A stretch of 64,000 nt of DNA, taken from contig OZ281495.1 in assembly GCA_965637545.1 (NCBI GenBank), positions 14,198,001-14,262,000 on the forward strand. The letters run 5' to 3'. Positions 1 to 13,500 of the stretch are shown piece after piece. The notes beneath the pieces were generated by a model. That model saw nothing but the letters and a program-made list of their open reading frames with translations, did not search any database and was not told where the DNA came from. A program made the position numbers and the translations under genes. How positions within the stretch are numbered: the stretch's first letter is position 1; each line of letters opens with the position of its first letter. This DNA comes from Phallusia mammillata (taxonomy: Eukaryota).

Positions 1-138
1 CAAAACTCAGCAATGTCAAACATGCGTTGTCAAAATACTAAAGAACGTTAGTTAACATCGATCATAAACGACCGTGTATAAAGGTTTTAGTAATGAATAA
101 CTTGTACCATATTTTAAAGTTGGGTTTGTCATTTGTAG

Positions 139-3100
139 TGTTTGATTCCTGGGCAAAGCCTGAAGGCGGCATTATGGAGGGAAATGTTGGATGGCGGGGA
201 CATTACTACGAATGTTTGGACGCCAAGAATAAAACGACGCCAATCTATGGCAGGTGGTGCATGTCCACGATGGGTTACACGTCCTTGGTGAGCAGCTGAG
301 TTCACATCCATCAAATAATCTTCACAAATAAACGAACTGCCAGCGATAGTGATGAAATGACGAAAAATAAATGAACAACGACTTAAAAAGGCACTGGTGC
401 CTGCTCCTGTAACAATAAATATACGCCATGGCAAGTATTGCAGTAGTTATTTTGCAAATAGGCCTGAAAGAGCTATTGTTTTGACATCCCAGCTTCTAAT
501 AACCCCCGCTAACCCCCTAAGTTGTTTCAATGGGGGTCATTTTTATCGAGTGATGACGCCCGCGTTCCAACGTTTTTTTTTTTTTTTAAGTTTGAACTGT
601 AATATTAGAACACAAAATATACGGGTTTTAAGGAAATTGTGGGATTTTGTACGTCAGCATCATGTATTCGGCTTTTTAACCGGTAAATAGAGTTACATGG
701 AAAGCTTTTGCATAAACAAGCTCAAAGTTAATCCAAATTATGATGGGCAATAAGCAACACAATTTAAAACAATGTGAAATGGCGTCGCAACCCGCAATTT
801 GAACACCCCAGCCCAGGTGTTACATGCGCCTTGTTTAAGAATCCCTGCTCGTGACACTTGTCCCTATTTATAATTTCAAAACTTTTTGTTGAAATTGGTC
901 TTCCATTTGTTCGCTTTTACTCACCAATCTGAGTTACATTTGTATCATTTATTTAATCAGCCGTACGTGTATGGTTATCCAATGGCTGCCACAATCGGAA
1001 CCTGCTTTCCCACTTCATGCTCAGAGAAATCGGTTGAAACAATATTGAGGAGTTTTTACGCAAATCTAACAAACTCACCTTTACTATCGGTGAGCTGCCC
1101 CGTACTTGATCAGACATTCGGTCATATGGAAATTCTTGGCATGTAAGTTCTTAGTTTCTTTTATTAGCCCGCGACAGAAAAATGTGATAAAAAAACGTGT
1201 TATTTTTAACTGTTGCATAATGCTTAAATTAACCATTTTTTCGATTATGCCAGGGGTGTCCAAACATTTTTCAATGGGGACCAATTTATATCAGGTGAAG
1301 ACGCCGCGGGCCAACGTATTTTTGCAAAGTTTTTAACCGGAAAAAAATAACACAAAATTTACGGCATTTAAGGAAATGTTGGGATTTTGTTGCGTCATTA
1401 CCATGTTTACTTCCTTTTTACCGGTATATAAAATTCCATGGAAAAGTTTTCGCGCGAAGTGGCAAGACGCCACAACCAAAAATCAAATTATGATTCAAAT
1501 TATGGCGGGCCATACGCAGCAAAATTTGAAACAACAGCTGCGGGTCACTTCAAATGCCCTCGCGGGCCGCACTTTGGACACCCCTGGATTAAGCAATACT
1601 AATAATTTTCATAAACATAATTAACTCTCATTGTACTTTTGTACAAATCCAAAAAATCAAGGTATTGAAGTCCTAGCAGCTCGTTTTTAACAGTAAAGTT
1701 GTTGCTAAGTCTAATCGAGAATGTTATCTTAGGCTGGTGACGTTGATTTTTCTTCTCCTCGGTCTAGTGGCCACCGTGGCTGACTTGTACTGGCAGCACT
1801 ACAAAACCACAGCGCAAGAAGATGTTCTCAAGCCCACTCGCCCAAGTAACGTTGTTTTTAGCTCAAGACAAAACATGAACAAAAACAGTGATTTTGTATT
1901 TGTTTATATGTAGTTCTGCCGCGTCTTGCTGAATGCTTTTCGTTCGTGTCGAACGGCAAAAATATATTAAGCACTCGACGTTTACCCGGAATGATACCAG
2001 TATTGGACGGAATGCGTGTTATTAGTACGACGTGGGTTATTATGTTTCACGTCTTCTTCGTGCTGCCGTATGCCTCTGGTAGGTAACTTTAAATGCAAGA
2101 AAGTAAAGTTTTAAAAAACACGTCAATAAAACTGTGGTGATAAAACACAAAATCTGTTGATTACACAAAAATTTACTTTGCAAACCTGTTTGACCTTTTA
2201 AACGGTTTGATTTGAGAGTTCAAAATTAGTTCAAATGATACATAGTTTTGTGTTGTGACGCAAAAAATAGCTACCATATTTCTTGCATGGGAATTTGCTT
2301 TCGCTACCAAGTGCAGAACTAAAAACTTGTATTAACAGACAATTCTGTTCGTGCTGCGAAGAATATTAGGGGTGATGCATCCTTGATGGCGATGGTGAAC
2401 GGAATCTTTTGTGTTGACACATTTTTTGTTATTGGTGGGATGCTTGTCGCATACCTGGGCATGAAAAGAATGCACAAGTATAAAGGCCGGTTAAACGTAC
2501 CGATATATTACCTGCAACGCTACCTGAGGTAAGATAGTGTTGTGTAATTTATGTGTTTTCTAATACCGAGTTCGCTGACTAAAATTTCCTAACTGTTTCA
2601 GTCAGTTCGCGAAAGCCTCACGGCATGCAAAAATACTTGCTCCATGATGCAATGTCCTTTTCCATGGAGCCCATATATGGATATGCTGAGACACAAATAG
2701 TCACAGATCTAAAAAAGGTTAAGAAATACTGCCCTAGCAAATGCATATACGAGTGAAATGTTGTTGTAAAGTAGGTCAACGACATCAAATTAACTTGATA
2801 TCATCTCGGCAAAGGGGTCATGCCCCCGCATAAAAATAAATCCACATTTATGGTCCCACAACTGGGTGTTTAAAATCCACTTGTATTGAGCAAGAACATT
2901 TAGGCACCTCCCAAAGTTCTCTTATTGCTACACCACTGGTGCAAAACAAATTAATTATAGGGAAATACTAACAAAACGTTATTTTCAGATTAACTCCAGT
3001 GTACGCCTACGTTATCCTAATATCGATGGGTCTGTATAAATATCTTGGTGATGGTCCTGAGTGGCCAACAAGCTCGGATGATTTCTACGACCAATGCCAC

Positions 3101-5677
3101 GACGACTGGTGGGCAAACTTGCTTTACTTCAGTAACCTATACCCGCTTGTACCCGACGTAAGTAAAATTTCGTAAAAGTCGTCTTCGAAAAGCAAAGTGA
3201 CGCAGTTCTAACTTCTAATTGTATTTTTTTTACAATCAAATTGATAATAAAATGTTTTGCAGTGTTTCCAATGGTGTTGGTATCTGGCAAACGACATGCA
3301 GTTTTATCTACTTTCTCCAATTTTTCTGTTTGTACTTTACAAGTAAGAGCAGCTTCATCCAAACTAGGGCGTTCACATCCAACCAAACCTTTTTTGTGCA
3401 TAGGTCGAAGTTGTGGGGCCATGTGCTACTCGTTGCAGGAACACTTGGAAGCATTTTAACGTCTGCATTACTCACATACTTTGCAGCAGTACAACCTGAT
3501 GCTGTCGTCATATCACTAAACCTCAATTTGTAAGTTTATTTGTTTGTGGATTATTTATTTTTTGTTTAATTCGTTTATTATGCGCTTAAACATAGGCTCT
3601 TAACCAGGACAAACTTTTCGAAACGGTTTTTACGATCACAGTCATTTTTCCTATGTTTGCCGCACCCCAAATGCTAAATATATGTAAGCAAAAGTTAATA
3701 AGCGTGTGTGTTATGGAAACATGAAGATACGGTAGTCTGGAAACATGGCTGGTTGGTTTCAACAGCAACTATTGAAACGTTTACAATAAATATGATTAGC
3801 TGTAAAAAGCTGTATGGTAGTTGTGTATTTAATTATATCACTACAGGTATTCTAAGAATTGGCATTAGTTTGTTTGCATCGCTTAATGGCAACAAAGCAT
3901 TAAAACGAGTAGTGGGATTCAGCCAGCTCACACCGGTTGTGTAGAACCATCTCACGAAATTTTATGAGATCAGCGAACCGGTTACTGTCAATGGACTTTT
4001 CGTAACAGAACAAGCAGAAAAATATGACTTTTGTGATAGAACTGGATGACAAAATATTTGAATCCCCTCACTGATTAAAATCCCAATGCTTAATTACCAG
4101 CCGAACAAAATATTAACTTGTCATGTAGTTAATATTGCTCTTTTGCAGGGCTCGCAGATTTTCTAACCCCAACGCGGGTATTCCAGATTCATTCCCTGTA
4201 AAGTATCAAACCGACACTTATAGAACTCCATGGTGCCGAATTTCGGTGTATCTTATTGGAATGATGGCGGGTTACTTTCTTTTTGAACACAAGATGAGAC
4301 TGAAAATGAACAAGGTTTCATTTGTTTGTTTTTTATGTTAAAATTTAAGTACAACTCCAAGTGTAGCATGATATCTTTGCAATAAATGCTTGCAACGGTA
4401 ATCCACAAAAAATAATTGATCATCGTTTATTTTAGTACCGCTGAAAATTATAACAATTATTTAACACAAAATAAATGCACCAAGAAGTATTAAAAATGCG
4501 CAGCAGCTTTGCAATTTTGAATGAAATATTACCTTGCAAGCAAAACATTTCATGCAATTCCATTCCCCTGACAAATATCTGAAAATATAATGTTTTTTCA
4601 AGATGCTTGTATTCTTCGGTTGGTTAACAAGCGCGGCGGTTGCTTGCACCATCGTTTACGCCCTCTACCCGAGCGTCCAGGTCTCCGAGCCCCTTACCAT
4701 TGAGGCAGCTGTAATGTGGGGAACGTTTTCTCGACCCGTCTGGGCACTGTGCATTGTGTGGGTTATAGTTGCCTGCGTCACCGGTTATGGAGGTAAGTCT
4801 TAATAGAATAACTCTTTTTCGGGCGTAATCGCCTGTTTGGTCTTTGTACAAAGCATTCAGTAATATTTTACATATTTAAAAAAGCTTTATAAAATGTAGG
4901 CAGTGAGATGAAATAGATTCTATCCATAACCAAATGTTAATTTGCGCATAAAAGTTTGACTCTGTTTTTATAAATTTTTATCAGCTAATTTAACCGATCC
5001 AAAAAGTCAAAAAAGTATGTTAAAATTCTTACTTATACTTTATTTAATATTACCAATACCTGTTGATAAGTCTAATATGTCTGTTGAAGACGTTTGGAAA
5101 ACTGATTGGTCTTTTTATCCGATAAAGAATGATGGAAATAGAAACTGATCATCATTTAAAGTTATTATGACCAAAAAATAATAAACCAAAAAAAATTTTT
5201 GTGCCAAGGTCCCGTGAAAGCGTTTCTCGATTGGTCAGCATTCGCACCTCTGAGTCGACTCACATACTCCGCTTACATTATCCACCTAGTGGTCATTTCT
5301 TGGTACTTCGGTGTTCAGGAGCAATTGTTTCATTACTCATATATCAACACAATGTTTATATATTTCGGTAAGAGTTTCAAATACCTCTCTTAGATTTTAA
5401 CCCAAACATGATCTGTTTTACTCTAGGTGTCGTGTTCGTTACATTTGTCTGCTCATTTTACACTACACTTTTGATCGAGTGGCCCATCACTGGTCTGGTG
5501 AAGATTCTTTTCTCCGCCAACCAAGTTTCAAAGACAGAGGAAGAGACGGCGCCGCCCAACGATGTCGAGATCACGATCCAAAACAACCAAAAAAATAACG
5601 ACAGTAAACTGAAAACGATCAGTGGATCAACTAATGATGGTTTTGACGACACAGAAAGTCAGTCTGCTGCATTATAA
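139..5677 (+). CDS. oacyl: NRF-6 / O-acyltransferase-like protein (NRF domain + acyltransferase-3), 12 exons in window, 5' end outside window
   Basis: Phase-consistent GT-AG exons 139-287, 961-1142, 1733-1845, 1914-2078, 2339-2528, 2989-3157, 3263-3342, 3404-3529, 4149-4314, 4603-4792, 5209-5367, 5427-5677. Motifs FDSWAKPEGGIMEGN, GTCFPTSCS, LDGMRVISTTWVIMFH, VDTFFVIGG, RYLRLTPVY, WYLANDMQFY, PLSRLTYSAYIIH are typical of the NRF-6/OACYL family. Confidence 0.9.
1251..1586. mobile_element. hAT-type MITE in oacyl intron
   Basis: TIR CAGGGGTGTCCAAA...TTTGGACACCCCTG; 8-bp TSD gattatgc/gattaagc. A related decayed copy lies at about 590-812. Confidence 0.85.
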
Positions 5678-6035
5678 CAACCTTAACAAGAATAATCTTT
5701 TGTGCGGACTGTCATCAGGAAGCTCTTGCTGGATTGTACATGTGCATTTAAATATAAACGTAAACTTAATTTAAAAACCTAGTTTCGCCGGTCGTTGAGT
5801 AAAATCTATGCAACAAAAAGATAGATTTTTTGTATATGTATTGAACATTGCTACACAAACTATCGCCAAGTAAGTTTCACAAAAAGTTCCTATATACATG
5901 GTTTTCACTACTGCACTATTTTTTGTAAATAAATCTCGTTTTTGTTATTTCATGCATTTGTAATATTTCCCATGAAAAAATATGTACACGAGATCGTAAA
6001 CGTAACAACACAGAAGAAATGCATGAAATTAATGA

Positions 6036-8774
6036 CTATACAGAATGAGTGGCAACTGATCCTTGTAGTTTTGTTGCGCTCGTTGAACACTTCGATGTTT
6101 GTTGATTTCCTTCCGTTGATGACCGTGAAACACGTGGCTTCCTTCTGAAGCAAGAAAGCACGTCTTCGCGCAGAGCTGACCGAAAGTTCTTGTCCAAGAA
6201 TCCATATACAATCACGTTTACTAAACTAATAAATGTATTTAATTTGATGTTTGGTGGTGGCGTACATAAGTTTTCTTAGAGCTTTTTAACTCCAAAAATG
6301 ATGTAAACTGTCATTATTATTTGATTCCTTTATGGGATGTTGGATATTACAAAATAGAGTATCGGCCAAAAAGGGATGCACAGTCACCTTTGTTTACACT
6401 CAGTCCTAGTACAGTAAGTCTGTTTTGTTACTTCTGCAACAACTTACCTGTTTGACATGCTCAAATGAATACATACAGTAAGCGGTGCGGAGATTGTTTC
6501 ACACGTCGTTGCGTCAGTGTAGCTCAAAATGACCACAAACAAAAGCGGTACTGAAATAAAAGATGTAAAGAAAAAAGGAGAGCGATCAAATGTATTCGAT
6601 AACCAATTTTGAAACAACATGCATGATAAAAAACTTGTATCATTTTTAATTAATTTGGATGGTTGTTACTCTGACAAAACAAAACTTAAAATTACAAAAT
6701 TTCTCAAATAAAGTTATACGCAATTGATATTACACAAAAGTGAAAATAACTTGATTTATAACACTGATTGTTCAGAATATCTTGAACCTACCCAGGGTAA
6801 TTGTAAAACCAATCTGCATGATAGCCAGCATTTTGTAGACAGATTTTTCCCGTTTGTCAACTTTGTGAGCTTCCCGTCGTTGTGAAATATCACGAGATCG
6901 CTTCTTATACGAACGCAGGATGACGCCAGATGCTACAGTCAAGACAGTCTGAAACAATCAATATACATACATCAAACTGAAAAATATTTTTAGTTTAAGA
7001 AATAAATGCCTTTTCACCTGCTAAAGCAATTATTTTGTTTATTGCTGAGAAAAACTGCTCAAGAGCAGATCATGAGTAGACCAGGTAAAACTATTTGTAG
7101 TATACCAGGTAAAACTATTTCTATTACCCTGGTTAAATTAATTTGACTTGACTTTAAATATGTTTAATTTATGCTCTCACTTTGGGTACGGCAGACATAG
7201 GAAAAAAGTAGATTAAGGCATAACTTTGACTTACCATGATCAAGTAAGGAACAATGAACTGGAACGTAAAGAGCAGAGCAAGTGGTAACAGGTCTGGGTT
7301 TAATGTCAATTCTTTCAGAGTGAGATTGTACAGAAAAGTCGTGTGAGAATATGTGAAGGTGTAGACAGAAGGGAAAAAAGCTAACAAACAAAATAAGCAT
7401 AAGGTTGAGTTGACTTCAATTTAACAATGAAAACAATGCAAAACAACTTACTTGGAATTACAGACGTAAAAACAGCTATTCCCCAAACAGCAACCAACCC
7501 AACATATACATAGCTGTTAAGCTGGCTTCTGTATCTCATTGGCCACCTAATAGCGAAAAAGCGTTGCTGGCCAAGAAATATCAAATGGTACAAGGAGGCA
7601 GTAAAACCGAGAAAGTAGAAAATTCCGCCAGCAATCGATTGTGGCGAGCCTTCTAATTCCAACTCATGTTGATCAAGTTCGTTGGCTGTTGAATTGAGGG
7701 TCCAACTAAAGTTGTAGATGGAAATTCCAAATATCTGGAATCCTGAGTTCAAAATGAGTTTTTCTTTTTACTGACGTCAGTTGGTAAACTTGATCAGTTT
7801 GGAACTTTTGCCCAGATATAAGTTTTAAAAAAACGTATTATATTGTTTAGTTTGTTTTTTCCAGATTGTTATTACACAAAGTGGAGTAATTTAGTCACAA
7901 ATACATACCTCTGTATTAAACTATTTTTTATGAAAATGTGACTTAGATCTTGCTTTTTACCTCTCAGTTTCTATTGCACAACTTGCAACAAAATGTTGAA
8001 TCTGATTTTATGCGAAATATTTTGGATTTGTACACATTAGTTAACATTTATAACAGGCGAAAACGCAACGAAACTAGCTTATGTTGAAAGTTTACTCGTT
8101 ACAGAGGATTGATTACCTGTCAACATGTCAGCTAGTGCCAACGACGCTTTAATCTTGCTGTACGTCCCAGAAAATCCGCTTTTCTTGGCCACGTTGCACC
8201 AGATGACAAAACCATTGCCCAGCAGGACAAGCAGACCCAGTAAAAATATTAGAACCATAAAAATGGATGCCCCGGCCATGTTACATTGTTGACACTCTTT
8301 CAATGCAATATTGGCGCAATCGAATAAAGCGTTCGATGAACAGAACATCGGAAAACCACAAAGTTGTGAAACAATTAGGGCGCTTGGCTTCGCGGCCTCA
8401 AAATCGTCGTTTGTTGTACTTTGGTTGAAGTGCATTAGATCTGGTAATGTAAAAAGCTGGCTCTGGTTGGACGTATTAGGAAATTCTGGCAAGAAATCTC
8501 TGTAATATGGCTGCGAGGAGCTCTCCATTTGTAAATTCAATGCACTTTCCGTTACGATGTTAAATTCTGAACGATTCCAAGGGACAAACAAACTTTCGTT
8601 AGCCGGGATCAACGCGGGTTCCCCGTAAACAGGTTCCTCAATTTGACTTATTATCATTGGGGGTTCCGTCACATATGCAGCTTTTTCATATTGTATTGTA
8701 GGTATTTTATGTAAAATTCTTACAACCATAAAAGGTAGATGGACCACTGTTGGTTCCGGACTTTCGCCACTCAT
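6036..8774 (-). CDS. Rhodopsin-like (class A) orphan GPCR A1 with long Ser/Thr/Pro-rich N-terminus, 6 exons, apparently intact
   Basis: Exons 8774-8117, 7742-7452, 7380-7235, 6948-6792, 6550-6448, 6225-6036 splice in frame. TM1 GN (LLGNGFVI), TM2 SLALAD, TM3 QQRF (DRY position), TM7 NVIVY, helix-8 NFR. Confidence 0.88.
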
Positions 8775-8920
8775 TGTTATTTAACATTTAGGTCAAGCCT
8801 GAAAAATCTTAAAGTTAATTTTTAAGATAAATATTATTAATCTATATAAAGGCATCAAGTAAACAAATAATATGTAAGTTAGATGGCCAACCTGTCCAAT
8901 ATGACCTATGTCTTGTCACC

Positions 8921-8972
8921 AGCTGCACTAATGAGGCTTCGTAAGTAAAAACAGTGTGCACTGTGTACAGCT
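8921..8972 (+). ncRNA. Degenerate type I hammerhead ribozyme remnant
   Basis: AGCTGCA-CTAATGA-GGCTTCGTAAGTA-AAAA-CAGTGTGCACTG-TG-TACAGCT aligns with the intact copy at 40634-40685; core, GAAA and cleavage triplet are mutated. Confidence 0.7.
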
Positions 8973-9064
8973 TAATTATAATTGATCTTTCAAATTTTAT
9001 ACTGTTGGTTTAGATTTAGATTTCTGGATTTAGTCACACGAATAAATGATTGCGATTATCAAGA

Positions 9065-9218
9065 GAACTAAAATCTTGCAAAATAGTCCAACGCATTATC
9101 TGCGATTTTATGATGGGCGGCATCGTCTGCAGTGAACTAGGAACTAAAATTTTGCAAAATAGTCCGACGCATTATGTGCGATTTAATAATGCGCGGCATC
9201 GCGTGCAGTGAACTAGGA
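9065..9218. repeat. Tandem duplication, 2 x 76 bp
   Basis: Units start GAACTAAAAT(C/T)TTGCAAAATAGTCC at 9065 and 9141. Confidence 0.85.
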
Positions 9219-9569
9219 TAGACCAATCATTAACCTTGTCTCGTGCCCTATCAGTTTGCCACCGTCGCCAAATCTTCTTAGTTAAAAACGTTTGACCAAA
9301 AATCGTACATGCAGTGGTTCCGAATCGTTTTTTACAGGCTACGTGCGTACGTGCTTCATTAACAAGTTCCTGTACAGTCTGGAGCAATGGTTCTCAACCT
9401 TTTTTATGGGATCAGCCCTGAAACGTTCATGCAGACCAGCGATCACGGCCTACTCATTTATAAATCATAGTACGCCTGGCCTATTCAAAGAGTAATGCCA
9501 ATTTAGCCGGTCTTTCGACCATTCCCATAAGACAAGGCATAGGCTAAAAAAACCTAGCCTAGAAAAAAT

Positions 9570-9665
9570 CTATCCTTTGGTGGAATTCAAACCCAAGACA
9601 GGATTCTTCCTGGGAACAAGGCGTTTTAGGGCTGTATGACATTATGCCAGATCCAGCAACCGGCT
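9570..9665 (-). mobile_element. Possible tRNA-derived SINE head remnant
   Basis: Minus strand has a B-box-like GGTTTGAATTCC downstream of an A-box-like TAGCCGGTTGCTGG; decayed. Similar weak B-box remnants near 10850 (+) and 58565 (-). Confidence 0.3.
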
Positions 9666-10586
9666 ACTTATAGCTAATTAAATTTATTTAAAATTATAGA
9701 GAATCTTCGCAATTGTGATGTACTCAGCTCACTCCCATAAGCGTCAGCTACGCAATAGAAAAAAGCAAGGAAGATATACTACATGCTTACGCAAAACGTT
9801 ATCAAACAAATCGAACAGAACACTTTTTTGTTATATATATAAGTTTAAATATAGATAGGGTCTGAGGCAACAAATCGTGCAAAGGAACCATACGAGAGTC
9901 GGCTTTGAAGCACTTAACGCAAGAAAGGTCGCTTTGTGCAAAACCCAAGTAAGAAACATAATATAGTTTAAGCAATTAATACATCCAACGCTGACAAAAA
10001 CTTTTTTTGGTCTCAAGTAGTAAATATAAATGTAACTTTGCGTGACATAAGATGCGTTATATTACATTTGGAGATAAAGCACTTTGCTAAATCGAACCGA
10101 ATAAAATTTTAAAAAAAATTACATGTACAGTATGATATTGGTTACCATACAGCACATCCAAAAAATGTCGCAGGCTGATTACCAATGCTATCGATGTTGA
10201 ATATGTCTGAGATAAGCACACAAACATTTCAAAGTTACATGCCTAAAATACAAACAGCGTTCAACCAACATCACAGTCTGTTCATTATTTTTCGTCTTAT
10301 AATATTGCGCACGGCAAAACAGATTTAACTCGCCTTGAATGCTACCCTTAGCTGGTTATACATCGTTTTGCTTTGTGGACTTTTTAACGCAACAAGCAAA
10401 GGCTAAATTTGAGCTTGGATATATGAACGACATTTCCATAGATAAGAATGACATATCCGTTAAAATATTTAACTCGACTTCCCAATGAACTCTGCGTCTT
10501 GTGACATTTATAAACTTTTTATGTCTAAATACATGCTTATGGTTCTGCTGCTGTGTCAAAAACATACTAGCATTATAAACCAATCA

Positions 10587-13500
10587 CTACACAGAATGAG
10601 TGGCAAGACTTCCTTGCAGTTTCGTTGTGTTCGTTGAACATTTCGAAGCTTGTTGATTTGGTCCTGTTGATGTCTTTTGAACTGGTGGGTGTTTTTGAAA
10701 GCAAGACGGCACGCCTTCGACAAAAGCTGACCGAAAATTCTTGTCCATAAATCCGTAAACAATCACGTTCACCAAACTAGAAGATATATTGACGTTACTG
10801 AAGCAACAATACTAAAAACAATATTAGGGCGAGTTGTGGGTTCTAATCTCAGCCCAGCCATTATTACTTTTCCCAAGACACTTGATATACAACAATGCAC
10901 AGTTCAAGGCAACCATGCTTTGCTCCTCTAACCGTTCATAAAAATGAAAAAACAAGTAAGTGGATTATAACTTAACAATTTTCTTTCAAAAAATGTGTCG
11001 TTTAGTGGAAAGTGAAAAGAGCCTATAATGTTTAATGACGACAACATCATGAAAAGATGCCATAATCATAAACTAAGTACATGGGCGGTTCTCATACGAC
11101 TCCCAACATACACACTACAACCTACCTGTTTGACATGCTCAAGTAGACGCATACAATAAGTGGTGTAGAAATTGTCTCACACGTCAATGCACCAGTGTAG
11201 TTCAAGACCACCACGACCAAAAGAGGCACTGCAATAGAAGTGATCAAATAAGCTACAGTTGATGTTTTGTGGGTTTTTTTAACCAGTCTTATGTCTTTGA
11301 ACACTTTCAAACAAAGGCATAAAATACTAACTTCTCAATGTAAATCCCATATTTACTCTAAGAACTTGTTGTTATGTGGTATTCTGGGACCATTTTTCAA
11401 AAAGCCTATAAAATTAGCAAAACTTCCAGCGATGTGATCATCCGCCCAGGTTGACAAATCTAGGCTTAAGGTTAAAGAAAACTACATAGCAACACGTTTA
11501 CAGAGTAAAAATGGGATTTGAATATAGTTTCAAACAGTATAGACAGGCTACCGCACTCCGCAAACAGCATAAAAAGACTGCAGCTCAGTTTGTTAAGCCC
11601 CAGAGCATATTGTGGTGCCACAAATGTCCATAAACCACAGTAAAATATAAGTTTGTACCACCAATGTCTTGTCACCAGTTGCACTATAAAGACCTTACAT
11701 GTCAAAACAGTGTACGGCTCCCCGCAGCAAGTTGATCAGTATATTGTGATTGATCCTTAAATAGCCGCAATTAAATAGCTTAGTTCGCGATTTGGATTAG
11801 AAACTCGCAAATACAAATCAATTGGTTGCCCTACACCAGGGGTGGGCAAAGGAGTTTATGCGGCCCGCCAAATGTTAGTAAATTTTAAAGACAAAGTTAC
11901 CGAGCAACGCTGAATAGTATTATAAGCACAGGCGTAGAGTTTTAAAAAATACCGAAGGTGCGACTTGCCGATACCTTTACCACATGCAGAATCTGTACCA
12001 GTACCATACTTTGGAACTAAACACAGATACGTTTTACATGTTTTAGCCTGTTGTTTCTGCCACGTTATTATGCAAATCGTCACTTGACACAATTTCTTCG
12101 TTCGATAAAAGTAAAAGCTATTCACGTTTTCAATTACAGCCCACTTTGCACTGTTGACGCCAAAACTTTGGTCATTTTGGATCAAGTTTAGGTCGTTGCA
12201 GTACATTGCAAACGGACATTAAACACGGCAATAGAATCGTTACCACAGACCCGCTCGCTTTGTTTAATGTTGGCGCAAGGAATTTATTAACAAAAAAAAA
12301 CGTGGTGTAGCCTATGTTGCAACAAAAGCCTGTTTGTTTTAAAACAATTACAATTGTAGCGTTTCAACCAATGTTTCTCCAAACAAAGTGACAACGAACG
12401 TATTTGCACATAGCTGAAAATATACTATGTTAATATTTTGGGCTAAATCAGGGGTGCACAACCTGTGGTCGTACGGCCATATACGGCCGCGGAGACGAGT
12501 TTGTGCGGCCGTGACCTTGTATGAAAAAATATATATACTGACTGCCGTGACGTGACTAAAAGTGTTTTGCCAAATATTTCGATTTTCAAACTGCTAAAAC
12601 GAGATTTCGTGAGACTGGCCATATGCGCAAGGCTTTTTATCCGCTTATTGTGTGCAACAATGCGAAAAGAACAGGCACTGCAATCGTCACAATATAGATT
12701 ATGACGTCTTAAACAGTTATCTCCGTTCAGCTAAACTTATACACCTGAGAATTTTAGGCGGCTTTAAATGATATATATATATATATATATGATATAAATC
12801 TAATTTTTTACACCAGTTATTTTTAAAAACAAGTAAGAGGCCGTTGGTGAAATACAATGCGGCCCCATAAAATTATGAACTTTTGAATGTGGCCCTTGCA
12901 CTGAAAAGTTTGCCCATCCCTGCCCTATACCTACCCAGAGTTATTGTAAAACCAATCTGCATGATGGCCAGCATTTTGTACACAGCTGTTTCCCGTTTTT
13001 CTATTTTATGTGCTTCCTGTCGCTGAGAAAGATCACGGGATCCCTTCTTATACGAACGCAGGATGGCACCAGAAGCAACGGTTAAAGCAGTCTAAAGTCA
13101 ACAGTAAAAATTCTAGTAAAATGTAAATATACGTAAGGCCACAGACCATTATATATTGTTAATATGCATTGCTAAAAAGTTAATAATGACGCAATTATCA
13201 TTAAGTTTCAAATACGTTTCCAATTTTCTTCATTTGCAAAAAATAGCTCAAAACGCACTTTGAGAATACGACCTACCATAATCACGTAAGGAACAATAAA
13301 TAGAAATGTAAAAATCAGCGCAAGTGGCCCCAGGTCTTGACTTAATGTGATTTCTTTCATGGTAATATTAAACAGAAATATTGGGTGGGAGTATGTGTAG
13401 GTGTAGACGGAAGGGAAAAAAGCTAAAAAAAGAAGATAATAGTTACAAAAAACGTCAATAAACCTTCATTTACGACACAAAATTAACTTACTTGGAACCA

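Noticed and set aside
8311-8505. Antisense ORFs over real exons (e.g. 8311-8505, 14183-14533, 16806-17021, 24579-24773, 63091-63318)
   Set aside because: Shadows of coding exons on the opposite strand.
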